DNA of 64,000 nucleotides from Hydrolagus colliei. Its lineage: Eukaryota. This document shows, piece by piece, positions 41,495 to 52,510 of this stretch (within the stretch, counting starts at the first letter, position 1; every line of letters begins with the position of its first letter). The stretch covers positions 9,734,001-9,798,000 of the forward strand of contig CM068754.1 of assembly GCA_035084275.1 (NCBI GenBank), read 5' to 3'. A program made the translations under genes and the position numbers. The notes beneath the pieces were generated by a model. It was not told where the DNA came from, did no database searches, and was given only the letters and a program-made list of their open reading frames with translations.

Positions 41495-41955
41495 GTTGCG
41501 GCTTTCCTCTCCCGCACCATTACTCCCACCCTCACCCAGCTCCATTGTCTCCCCATCGCCCAGAGGATCAAATACAAGATCCTCATCTTCACCTTCAAGG
41601 CCATCCACAGCCTTGCCCCTCCCCAACTCTCTGATCTGCTGACTTCCCACCAACCTGCCCACTCCTTGTCTCCCATCCGACCCGCCCTACCAGCAGTGTC
41701 TGGGCTTTCAGCCCACATTCTGGAACTCCATCCCACAATCCCTTTGCCTTGCTTCCTCCCTTGCCTTCTTCAAAGCCAGTCTCATGACCTTCCTTTTCGA
41801 TCTTGCCTTCTACTGCCCTCCCACCTCTTTCCCTACCCTCTCCCCTACCCTGCCGCACCCCCATGCATAGGTCCCAACCCCTGACTGTTCAGTGCCTTGG
41901 GACATCTGCACGATGTGAAAGGCGCTCTACAAATGTAATTTTGTTGTGATGATGT
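41495..41955 (+). mobile_element. L2 LINE fragment: degenerate ORF2 C-terminus plus 3' UTR and tail
   Basis: Translation from ~41519 gives ITPTLTQLHCLPIAQRIKYKILIFTFKAIHSLAPPQLSDLL, matching the L2 motif HITPxLxxLHWLPxxxRIxFKxLxLxFKAxxGLAPxYLxxLL; ends GTGAAAGGCGCTCTACAAATGTAATTTTGTTG. Confidence 0.92.
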
Positions 41956-43734
41956 TGAGCTCCTGGTGGATGGACAGATATACAGACAGACACAAAGACA
42001 CTTTGTCTTTATTAGTATGGAAGAAGAAGAAGGCTAACACTTTACCACTGTCATTGAGTTAACAGGTCTTATCTTAATATTTATCAGTCAGAGTAACAGA
42101 TAAAATGTTCAATAGGTGCATAGAAGTATTATTGCAGTCTTGTTAAGTATTACTAAAAAGTATGCAGATAAAGTAAACATATCACCAAGTATATTTGCAC
42201 ATTACTTTGCCTTTATGGTATGTCGTTTGTTTTTTTAAATGTTATGTTTCACTTTGCAATTTCGCTGATCACCACAGTTGAGCATTTTGAGTAAGTAATT
42301 CCTAATCTTTCTTCCATCTACCCAAGGTGCCTTGATGTTGCAATTTGAATTATCTTTTTTAATTTTGCATATGATTTACAGCTTTGAATAATGTATAAAA
42401 TAATTTAACGTCTTATTCATTTACCATAGGTCAGATTCAGGCTTGGGCTAGTTTTGTTCATCAATTGCTTGGGTTGTGGTTGATGTCGTTTTGGATCATG
42501 GGACCATCAAACTCTCTTGTCCAAAGATGATGCACCAACAGTCTGAAATAGTACATGTGGATATTTGTAAGTTCCCCGGAAGCTCATAATTATGGGAAAT
42601 AATTTATCCTTTAGGATCAAAAACCAGCAAATTTGTTTCTGACATATTCCAGCTGGAAATGCACATTTGTGTTGAAATTAGTAACATTTTCTTTGGTATA
42701 AATTAAGTTAACATGGAATGATAGCATGCCCGTGCATATAGGGAAGATGCATTAAAGGATCAATAAACAGCACAGTAGCCAAAGCGAAGACAATTTTGCG
42801 GCAAAGCTGGCATTGCACAAGACAATGAACACGCTTTTACAGTAAAAGGTGTAAGTTTCGTAACATTATGAGTAAATGGAGTAAAATTCATATGTCTATA
42901 AGGCTGATACCTACTCGGTACACATTATAGAGTGGCAATAGTGTGCAATGGTCCATGAGGCTGAAACTCAATCCATTCCATTCTTACTAGTCTAACCTAC
43001 AGGAATACGTTAACTATCTTTCCTGTGAGCGAATTATAAGTCAGCAACTTTATGAAACATGAATGAAATTTATTGATAATACATGAATGCATATTTTACT
43101 TATATGGTTGCCACAAATTGTTGCACTTTTCCTCTTTAATTGCTGACTATCGGGAAGAAGCACTCCCTGGTACAGAGTTCAGAGTAGTTGGTGCAAAGGA
43201 AAGATGCCTCCCTTTGCTTCAAGCTGTTTGTTTAAACTTTGAAAGTGAAATATTTTCCTTTCTCCGGAAATGACATTTCCTTTCCCTCTTTGATTGCTAT
43301 TTTGTATTGAATTATGGCCACTTTTCCTCTTTTCTCACTTTGATATTGAAACCTCTTATACTTGTTTTCACTGAGAATTCTCCTAGTCAGTCGTGAGAGG
43401 TGACTTTCATCCCATTAGTAGTCAGAAAAGTAATGGTGATGAACAAGATCCAACTAGACTAGAGTTCACTGGACTATTCACATCAGATAATTTCACCTAA
43501 AAATAGTTATTAGACTTTAAAGCGCTCGAAGGCATCTTCCCTATATAGAACAACAATATCAAATTGAGAAATATTATTATATTATTACATATAGTTCTAC
43601 AAGGAGGAGGTATCCTTTTCTGCTAAACAAAATATAAAAAAATGTAATAGTTCAGAATACAGAATTAAGTAAAACTCCATAATCTGTATCCTACATTGGG
43701 TTATTTCTCCCTGCTTGACTCTCTTATTTGCTAT

Positions 43735-43865
43735 GATATTTCCCTGGAGCCATCAACTTCCACATAGAGTTGTCCAACTTTAATCCAGTTTTATCTCCAT
43801 TATGTGATGCATGTTAACTGCTTAATATGAATCCTAGTTTAAGGAAAATATTCTTCCAATCTAGT
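43735..43865 (+). mobile_element. Possible very old L2 reverse-transcriptase relic
   Basis: CATCAACTTCCACAT..CCAGTTTTATCTC..ACTGCTT..AAATATTCTTCCAA loosely follows the nucleotide pattern of the L2 'FHxYADDTQLY...NFLQLN' region; heavily decayed. Confidence 0.3.
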
Positions 43866-44769
43866 TTAAGAAATGAAAACCTAAGTATGCAATAAGAAAA
43901 GGCCATATGGCCCATTAAGTCTGCAACTTCAATACACTGCCTAAAATTTATCCTATGCTGTCCCAGCTTATCAGCATGTTGAAAGAACATTCTGCATTAG
44001 CACTCGTTGATTTTCTCCAGTGTAATAAAGGAAAAGCTCCCAAATCTTCACCCTCTTACATGTCTACTGTTCAATCTCCTTCCCTCCGCATTCCGCTTTG
44101 ACCCTGTCAATCCCAGCACCACAGAAACCATTGTGTACCATGGAGTGTTTGTTCATTGCAGTCCATGCATGTCTTTATAACCTACCATTCCTAAACAGAT
44201 ATTTATCCAGTCATTGTTTGATTTTAATCGATATGGCATTAAGTGTATTTGGGTCAGATTGATTTCATACATCCTCAATTTGTGTGTGTGCATGTGTAAC
44301 AGGAGGGAAGAGTGGGAACTTTCTTCTAGATTTCCAGTCTTATTAGATGCTGATTAACTTTAAATCTGCTCAATTCTGTGTTCACAGTGGATGGGAAATC
44401 TGCGGGTTCTTCTGGAAAGAGTTTGAAGTTTTTTTTCCCCCCCTAGTGGGGAAGTGATGCACATCGCAATCGCTCCTCCCCACCTACACGCTCAGTAAGC
44501 TAACACATTTTAGAGATAAAAGGAATGACACTTCTTGAATAATTCATGATGCACACATCACTTTACAATTGCACCTTTTCAATATGTTTTCAAATTACAA
44601 TTTCCATAAAAGGTAGTATGAATAACAAAAAAGTCTTTCTGAAAAAAAATCAAGTCGTATTCTTAAACTCTGCATGAAGCCACTAAAAAATCTGGGCGTG
44701 GACAAAAGACTTTGGATCTTTACTTTCCTGAGTTGGATCTGAATAGTTGAGAAGTGTGAAAAAGTGGTG

Positions 44770-45040
44770 CGATTATTTCGCTGCAATCACAGCAAAATCA
44801 CAAGTCGGCAGCTTACCCAAAACAAAATAAATGATTATCATTTGTGACGTTTCATTGACAGGATGTGGGTGTGGGCAGTGGGGTGGAATATCACCTCGCG
44901 TTTTTTTCACAAAACCACCTCCGCTTCTGTTGTCATGATGAACAAATTGCCCCCCACTAACGATAGCCACACTTTGATCTGAAGGTGTCTGATACAATGC
45001 CCTTGTCCACCTACATCAGGTTTAGCACAAGGTCAGAAGT
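44770..45040. promoter_or_regulatory. Putative enhancer / conserved non-coding element
   Basis: CpG retention, TGACAG 44856, GT boxes GGGTGTGGG 44867, TCF/LEF CTTTGATC 44971, Sox-like ACAAT. Confidence 0.45.
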
Positions 45041-46413
45041 ACCAGGGGATTTTAAATTTACAAGCAGCAAGGATTGGCTGAAAGCTAAGGTTCTGATAGA
45101 TCAGTCATTGACTGGCTTTTTGCCTCTTGGCTGCCATCTTGGGAAATTCCCAAATCCATAACCTCATCAAACTGCCTTTTCTGAATGCATAATTTGCACT
45201 AGCAAATACCCGCTGCATTTCCATGACTCACTAGATTACATTTCAGTCATTATCCGGAGAACACCTCAAAATATCCCCAAACTGAGTTTAAATGGAGACA
45301 AACAACAATCTTATAATGCGCTTGTTTCGTTAACAGACATGTTCACCATTTTCAGATGAAATGCACAATGTCAGACTTACAACTGATTCCACATTGGTGG
45401 TATTCCTGACTGCTGTAGCTTGTGCAGGTAAAGATTAGTAAAGGATTTTTTTCCTAATCTTGAGCAAGCAGTCAGTATTAAAAGTGCCCTGCCTTGAAAA
45501 AATGTGTGCTTTTCTTTCTTCTTCACCGTTTTCTTAGCAATCTACTGCTTTCGGTGAAAGAGGCTTCTGTTCCTCTCCCTGCATTGATCTGAATGCCAGG
45601 AAATGAACCCTTTTTGTAAGGTTAATTAATGGCAGGAGCAAAAACCTAAGCACAATCCTGGGGCAGCACAGCTTTAATCGTTACTTTTGTCTGCATAAAA
45701 CAGATTTCAGCTTCAGGTTTTTTGGGAGCTTTTAGGAATGAACCATGGCTTGAATTCAGTGGATTAAAGCATAAAGCGTAGTGGGGTGTGAATAGCTCTT
45801 TTGAAGTCATTTTTGGGAGGTCTCTGACTGGGAATGAAGCATTAAAGTAAGACAGGCAGCAGCTACAAAGCAGTTCATATCAGTGCCTTTCACCTGTTCA
45901 GCTCAGCTTGGGTAAAAAGGCAAAGAAGGAGGCAATAGTGTCTAGCAGACCCAAGGCTGTTTTATGATGAAATGGTGTCATTACTTCACAATCACTCCGT
46001 TTATTTGCTTCTTCTTTTTTCTGCAGTTATGCACGAGGAAAAGGATAATGAACCATGGAAGAAAAGGTGTCACAATTGATGTTTGCAAAAAAAAATGGGA
46101 GTTTTAAGGATCACAGTCACTATGCCTGTCACGATGCAGTCTTGTAAATAATAGATCAATCCTGAATTGTCAAATATATTGAACGAAATTTTAATGCAAA
46201 TGCAGTGCCCCCGATGATTTCACATGCCAATTGCAGAGCAGTTGTGTGACAGTTGGTTCAATACACTTGAGGATGTAAATCAATCTATAAGACTGATAGC
46301 AGTCTTAACCTTGGAATATCATAATCGGGAACAGTTCTGAAAATGGCACGAGTCAACTGACAAATTCCCATTTACCATAGAATCATTCAACCTGATTCAG
46401 TTTCCTTTTCATT

Positions 46414-46822
46414 AACAACAACAACTTGCATTTATATAGTCCCCTCCACCCCGGGCATCATCTCAGGATGCTTAGCATTGGCAGAGCCCGAGGCCGAGCC
46501 AGAGAAAGGTGAGCGCAAGCGCGGTCGAAGAGAAAGGTCTTCAGGTGCGACCCAAGGATGGGGTAGCAGGGAGTGAGGCAAAGGGGTTGAGTGTGGGAGT
46601 TCCAAATTTGGGGGGCTTAGTGGCTGAAAGCACGGCTGTTGATGGTGGGGCTAAGAATTCAGGGGACAAGGAGGAGGCCGGACCCAGTAAAGCAGAGGCA
46701 TAAGGTACTGCTGTGAGGATAGAGGAGGTTAGTGAAGTAGGAATGGAGGGATTTAAACACTAAGGTGAGCATCTTGAAGTCGATCCGCTCTGTGACAGAA
46801 AACCAATGGAGTTTGGCAAGGC
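46414..46822 (-). mobile_element. L2 LINE 3' fragment
   Basis: (AAC)nTTGCATTTATATAG tail; GGGAGTTCCA; GGTGAGCATCTTGAAGTCGATCCG..CCAATGGAG is the reverse strand of the ORF2 LHW..RIDFKMLT segment. Confidence 0.88.
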
Positions 46823-46920
46823 CTGGGCTACTCAGGGTACAAAGTTAACACTTTCTTCCTTAGGCACAATCAAGTAGTAATGCCACTGTTGATGTTGTGT
46901 CTTTAAATATATTTATATTT

Positions 46921-46961
46921 AGCAATACTGACCATTAGGAGCCCTAATGGTCAGTATTGCT
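46921..46961. repeat. Perfect inverted repeat, 19-bp arms, 3-nt loop
   Basis: AGCAATACTGACCATTAGG-AGC-CCTAATGGTCAGTATTGCT. Confidence 0.95.
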
Positions 46962-48502
46962 TCTATATGGAACAACCAAAACGTTTTATTAAAATTTCTA
47001 TTTAAACAGAACTGCCTACCTGATTATCCTGCAAGCTTATCCAGTGAGTGCCTAAACTACAAAGAGCAGGAAGGTCTCAAGGTTAGTTTCCTGTGTTTAT
47101 TATTACCACAGATAAATAAACAGTAATAAATGAATAAATAATAATAAATGAATAACAATAATCCTTGAAATTTACATACCACGTTTAGGAGCATGATAGG
47201 CTCATTGTATAAATTCACTCCTCCCTACGATGGAAAATAAAATGTATTGAAGAACAGAGCCAGGCACGCCTTTCAGTGACTGTATCAAAAGTGGTACTGA
47301 CAGAAATTATCCATATTATCAGATTAGAATTCCATCCCATAATTGTCTGGTTTAGGCAAACCTAAAAATAATAGAATCAATAGAGAAAAATGGAAACACA
47401 TAAACATCTGAACCTGCTGACATTCCTTTAACAGAAGTTGAATACCAACTGAACCTAATTATCTACACCACTGTACTTATTTTTTATGGCAAGACAAATT
47501 GGCTTATATAATAGTGGAGGATGAGGGTTAAGGTGCAATCTATTTGTCCAGATCCAAGCTCTCTTGGTGAGGCTGCTAAATTTTGTGTCATTGCTTAGGG
47601 AATGATTCCCATTTCCTCTCCGTGCACCGTTGTAGTGAGGTTGAGGGAATTTTGCCCTTAAGCTTTAAAGCTGTTGTAGTGTGACAGCAGTGAAATATTG
47701 CACCTCATTTCATTATTGCAGTTACTGATACCATATACAGGCACCACAATTATTTTCAGACTCAATGTTCCATTTATATAACAGCAAATCTATGCTATAA
47801 TGGCTGAAGTAGGATTGGAAATCCACTTAGAAACCAGATTCATTGTAATATTTCAAAGCGGGCCCATATGTTTCTATCTCATTAGTAGTCCTATAATAAC
47901 GTGGAAAAGCTTGGGAAGTAGTAACTGCTTTTGTGTTATAAAGTAAGATTATGTACATTTTTAAAAATATCAAATAGGAACTACAGAGCAGAAGGAAAAA
48001 GAATGCAAATTCCTTTACCTATATGTTTGGGTAGAAAGTGGATTTTTATTACCTCCTTCACAACTTGCGCTACTGTTTGCCATATAAATGTCCTAATATA
48101 TGAAAAAATATTTATTCTCAAGAATGTTGCCAGGCAAGCTACAGTTGTGATCCACCATCCATCGAATGTTGTTTAGAAGGTTCATTGAAATAAATGTTCA
48201 AGAATTTTAAATAAAAGAGAACATAATGGAAGATCGTTTTATGTAATTGCTATTGAATTGACATGTCCAAGTTAGTGTTACACCTCACATTGCTAATTTA
48301 AAGGGTAGCTTTATTTCTATACTTTTTTTAATTGTTGAAATAATAATAAATCATAATAATAAATTGCTCTTGACTTGCAAGGGCTTTAAGATGGTGACAA
48401 ATGTTTAAGTTGTCTTGTCTGGTCAGCTATCAAAAGTACTTCTCCTGATAAGAACCATGCATTGTTATTTTTTGTTGTCTTCCAATTCAAGCTTACTGGC
48501 TT

Positions 48503-48824
48503 GTAGAGTCCTGTAACTCAATGGTTAGTTGAGTTACAAGCGTGAGACCTGTGTTTGAATCCAGGCAGGTCAGAGTGAAACCTTGGGCAAGTTTCCTTAC
48601 TCCACACACCTAATAAGTATCACTCTAAAGAACAAAACAATAATAAATTGGTCATTTCAATCCATGACTGTTTATGGCACACTGTTGTGCGCAATTGGCC
48701 TCCACATTTCACCCACAAATATACAGTCAATTCATTTAACAGTATATTCTGTTAAGTGCTTTGAGACGTCTAGAAGACGTGAAAGGCACTATATCAAATG
48801 CAAGGGATTATTATTATTAATAAT
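48503..48824 (+). mobile_element. Full-length dominant SINE with locally rearranged head
   Basis: GTAGAGTCCTGTAACTCAATGGTTAG..GTTTGAATCCAGGCAGG..GAGACGTCTAGAAGACGTGAAAGGCACTATATCAAATGCAAGGG(ATT)n. Confidence 0.92.
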
Positions 48825-49749
48825 ACCATAGTTCCAAGAACTCAAGTTCATATGAAACAATCATGCAATTGAGGAATGGAGATGAAAAAAATGTCCACTG
48901 AAGCCTTCACACTGATTATTTTACATACAGACTGTATGGATATGGAACGGTGCAAATCCTGTTATTTCACAGTAAAAGTACAAAAGCGACTGTAATACGA
49001 GAAAGGGCTTAATGACTCAGTACCTCTAAGGAAAAACATTCACAGCGATTTCACAAGTAAACAGTTTATGCTAATTACCCAGGCACTTTAATCTGCAAAT
49101 GATGCTATGTAATCACATTTAACCTTTTGTCTCAAATATAGAAGAATGCCAAAGTTTGCAACATTAGAAAAGTAATTAGTTACTTTTCTTGTGTTACTTC
49201 AATATATGCATTGTATGCCTCTTTACTAGGTACTGTAATTTGAAGAGCTTTTGAAAATGAATTATGCAGGAATGCTTGTCATTTCTCAAAATGATATGCT
49301 GTTGAATTGGGCCATGAATTAATTCTTTAGCTCCATTTGTGTATCATTGTCCAATGTGCAATCAGCAAGAACACTGTATATAATTGCAGCCATCCAGTTT
49401 TTTTCAGTGAGGTTTGGGATTTTCTTCAGATACTAATGTAGCACGGAATCATTTTTGGAAATTACTATTGTATATGTTACATCTCTAGAGTAAGGCATTT
49501 CTGCGGGTTACACATGGAGAAATAAGTTTCCAGTGCATAATACCATATAGTAACTACTAAGGGCATCTTCGGACTTTAACCATTAGTGACTGAAAATTAT
49601 TTGTGAGCTTACAGTAAGCATGGCTTTATATGTTTTTGAAAAACATTTTATTATCACAGAGAACTGGAGAACTCTGCCATTCACTATTTTACCAGTTGAA
49701 TGCTTCATGCTGTGTTGTACAATACAAAAACATGAAAAGTGGACAAATA

Positions 49750-49880
49750 TGATGGCTCGGGCGCAGAATCCATTATTGTGAAATGCTCTGAGACGCTGTC
49801 TGGTGTGGAGGGCGCTATATAAATCGAAGTTGTTGTTGTTGTTGTTGAGTGCGCTATATAAATCCAAGTTGTTGTTGTTG
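49750..49880 (+). mobile_element. L2 3' end with duplicated terminal unit
   Basis: GCGCTATATAAATCGAAG(TTG)n followed by GCGCTATATAAATCCAAG(TTG)n. Confidence 0.88.
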
Positions 49881-50509
49881 GCTGTTCTTTATATTTCAGT
49901 CAGTTGTTAAATGAGTAAGTTAAATTAAGTTATGATTGCTATGTACAATTTGTTTTCTATGGACATTAATTGTGCTTTAAAGCACCCTTAAAGTGCCTAA
50001 AGTTGATCGTACTGTATCTTTTGACTAAAAAATTACTTTGCAGTAAATCCTGTGAAGCACTTTGAGACATTTCATTGATGTGATAAAGCATTAAATCAAG
50101 TGTAAGGATTATTGTTTTGTAACTTTCACTCTCCATACACCAGGTCCCATTCATAAGTTGAGAGGCATTTCTCACACAAGTTCTCAAACCCTGTTAATGA
50201 TTTACCTGCATTTGGATATTTGGATTTTGATAGTTTTTGAAATATACATTGAAAATGATGCCTTGCAACAACAATACTGAATGGTTATGGTTATTAGGTT
50301 GAACTCTTCGGGATACATTTATCAAAATAATGCAACTTTGAGGTTTAAATTGGACCAAATATATTTCTGCAGGCAGTGCTCCAGTATTATCCCTTGAAAA
50401 CGGAGGAGAACATTCAAGCCTTTCGCTCTCCTTGCCCAGGTTTGCTACAGTATCTGCAGTTTACTGATGGTAGCTGCTTTGCTCCAATGGACTCAAACAA
50501 AAACTCACT

Positions 50510-50800
50510 GTGATGCTAAGTGACCATTCATCTTCTCCACAATTATAATTAGAGTGGCGTTTTCTTTTAATTGTTACTGGCCAACATCATATCTGACCAA
50601 GAATAATTAGTAATGCCACTAGGTGCAGCCAGATTAAAAGTGGGGGGGGGGGAAATCCATTCATCAGCTTGCTGCCGACCCTCATTCTCCAGGCACCAGT
50701 AAGAATATTTGTCTGCCGTGGAGATGGCTGTTTGACATCTGAAAATAAGGTGCATCAGCTCTCCTGTAAATCATTACTATCTAATGATATTCACACTTAC
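50510..50800. promoter_or_regulatory. Putative Pbx-Hox/Meis enhancer
   Basis: CCATTCATCA (TGATGAATGG on - strand) 50657, TGACA 50733, TGTAAATCA 50765, TAATTA x2, TAATTG. Confidence 0.5.
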
Positions 50801-50924
50801 ACTACCACTTGCAACACTTTAAAACTTTTAAAAAAACTATTACTCTAAAAATATCTGTGTACATGTGTTTGTGTGTTCTGGGGGGAGGGGTGGGGGCAGG
50901 TTTGCCACAAGTTTACCATCCATC

Positions 50925-51064
50925 AGTCCTTCAGCCATTCTGCCCCCACTCTCTGGAACTTCACCCGACAACCTTCTGACTCACCCCTTCCATCCCCACG
51001 TTTAAAGCTCGCTTTGAGACATCCTTTGGCACTATTGACACTATATAAATCTAACATATGTTGG
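50925..51064 (+). mobile_element. Diverged L2 3' end
   Basis: CCTTCAGCCATTCTGCCCCCACTCTCTGGAACT..TTTAAAGCTCGCTTTGAGACAT..CTATATAAATC. Confidence 0.7.
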
Positions 51065-52284
51065 TGCATTGGAAGTACTTTGGTTACAACTTGAAATGCT
51101 ACTTCCATTGCTAGTGTAATATTTTTGTCCTGTTTATTTTCTCTTTTACCCTGCTCAGTTGATTTTTCTCCAAACTTTGACCTGTTTAAAAAGCTTTGGT
51201 GTTTCACATATAGTGTTAACATTTTTTTTTCCTTTTTCCCATGTATAACCCTGCATGGCGAAATCCCTCAACCTTTTCAATCAGAACCTTTCAGAAGACC
51301 TGTCGGGAGATGGCAAAGCGAAATGACCTCTAGTGATGCGGGAAACACTGCTCACAATTGTTATTTGCTGGGTTATGAAAGCAAGGTTTAAACCTATCCA
51401 TTCATTTCAATGAAACCAGCATTTTGATAGGGGTCAAATCAATCGATTAGCACCCCCTGCAGGAGCTCTGAGCAATTTTGTTTTTGCTTCCACTTCCACT
51501 CGTTCGAAACGTGATCAAAATGTTTTCATTAAGGAAGCTGCTTAAGTCAATGAACATATGAAACCGCATTGCTGTAATGAAAGTATAAATATTATTGGTA
51601 AATTCAGAAATTGTGATCTGGACTCATTTTGTTTAAAGAAATAGTAATGACCTATTATAATGAAACCTGTTCCCCCAGTTATTTGAAAATGCAATAGCTA
51701 TCATGTCTCATACAAAATCTCATCTAAACATAAAAAGTTCAATATTGTTCAGTGGAAAGAAGCATATTCCCAATATATCTGTTGTCACAAAGTGGAGTTT
51801 TACTTGCAGCTGAGGAGCATTAGCTATCACCTGCATTTTTATATTAACACATTGTCGCCATGCATTTTATGATAATGTCATCTTTACAGAGTGCATATGT
51901 TATAATTATTTCCCTGGATTACTGAACTTCATATGTCAGATGTCTGTTTTGTTACTGTTGCCCATGAAACCAAACATCCACTATCCTTCATTGCCAAAGC
52001 TTGTGTCTTTTCTCCCCTGTTCAGTTCATCCTAACCTTACAGGGTGCTGGCCATATTTTTTCAATCAAAATGAGGAGAGCACACTTCTCGCTATATACTT
52101 ATACTAGATAATATGGTGGAGGATAAAGTGAACAGACGTTTGTGGCAAGGCTTGCTATGTATGGAGGTTCCCTGTGGGTGAGGGCAGACAGCCTCCTTGT
52201 TCACTGCTGTGCTATTAACATTTACACTTTCAGTTCCAATTCAGGGGATTTGAAGTTTAGACTTTAATGGATTGAAACCTAAAT

Positions 52285-52510
52285 CCAAATACTGACAGCC
52301 TAATTCTGGGAGAAATACTGTGCCATGACAAATAAAAGTATTTTGCATATAGTCTTCGCTATCACATTGGTTTAGCCAGAGACTGCCTCAGCTGGATGAT
52401 GGCATCTCACACCCACAAAATAATTATTTCTGCTTGTCAGAATAACATTATCATGACAGTATAAATCAAGTCAAATTTTTGACAGCAAAGTCACTCTCCT
52501 GTGCCACTAT
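52285..52510. promoter_or_regulatory. Meis/TALE site cluster, putative enhancer
   Basis: TGACAG at 52293, 52454, 52480; TGACA 52326; TGTCA 52435; TAATTA and CAGCTG nearby. Confidence 0.4.

Noticed and set aside
41430-41884. Cluster of five overlapping ORFs
   Set aside because: All are alternative frames across the GC-rich dead L2 fragment
42430-42571. Plus-strand exon-like segment ending in GTAAGT
   Set aside because: Stops in all three frames
46027-46066. Strong polypyrimidine acceptor followed by a short open stretch
   Set aside because: Poor donor (GTGTCA); isolated acceptors are common in AT-rich DNA
2825-48831. Recurring similar peptides (e.g. [18 protein letters not shown]) at 2825, 4996, 13321, 32215 and 48583 that look like a gene family
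   Set aside because: They are translations of the same non-coding SINE body
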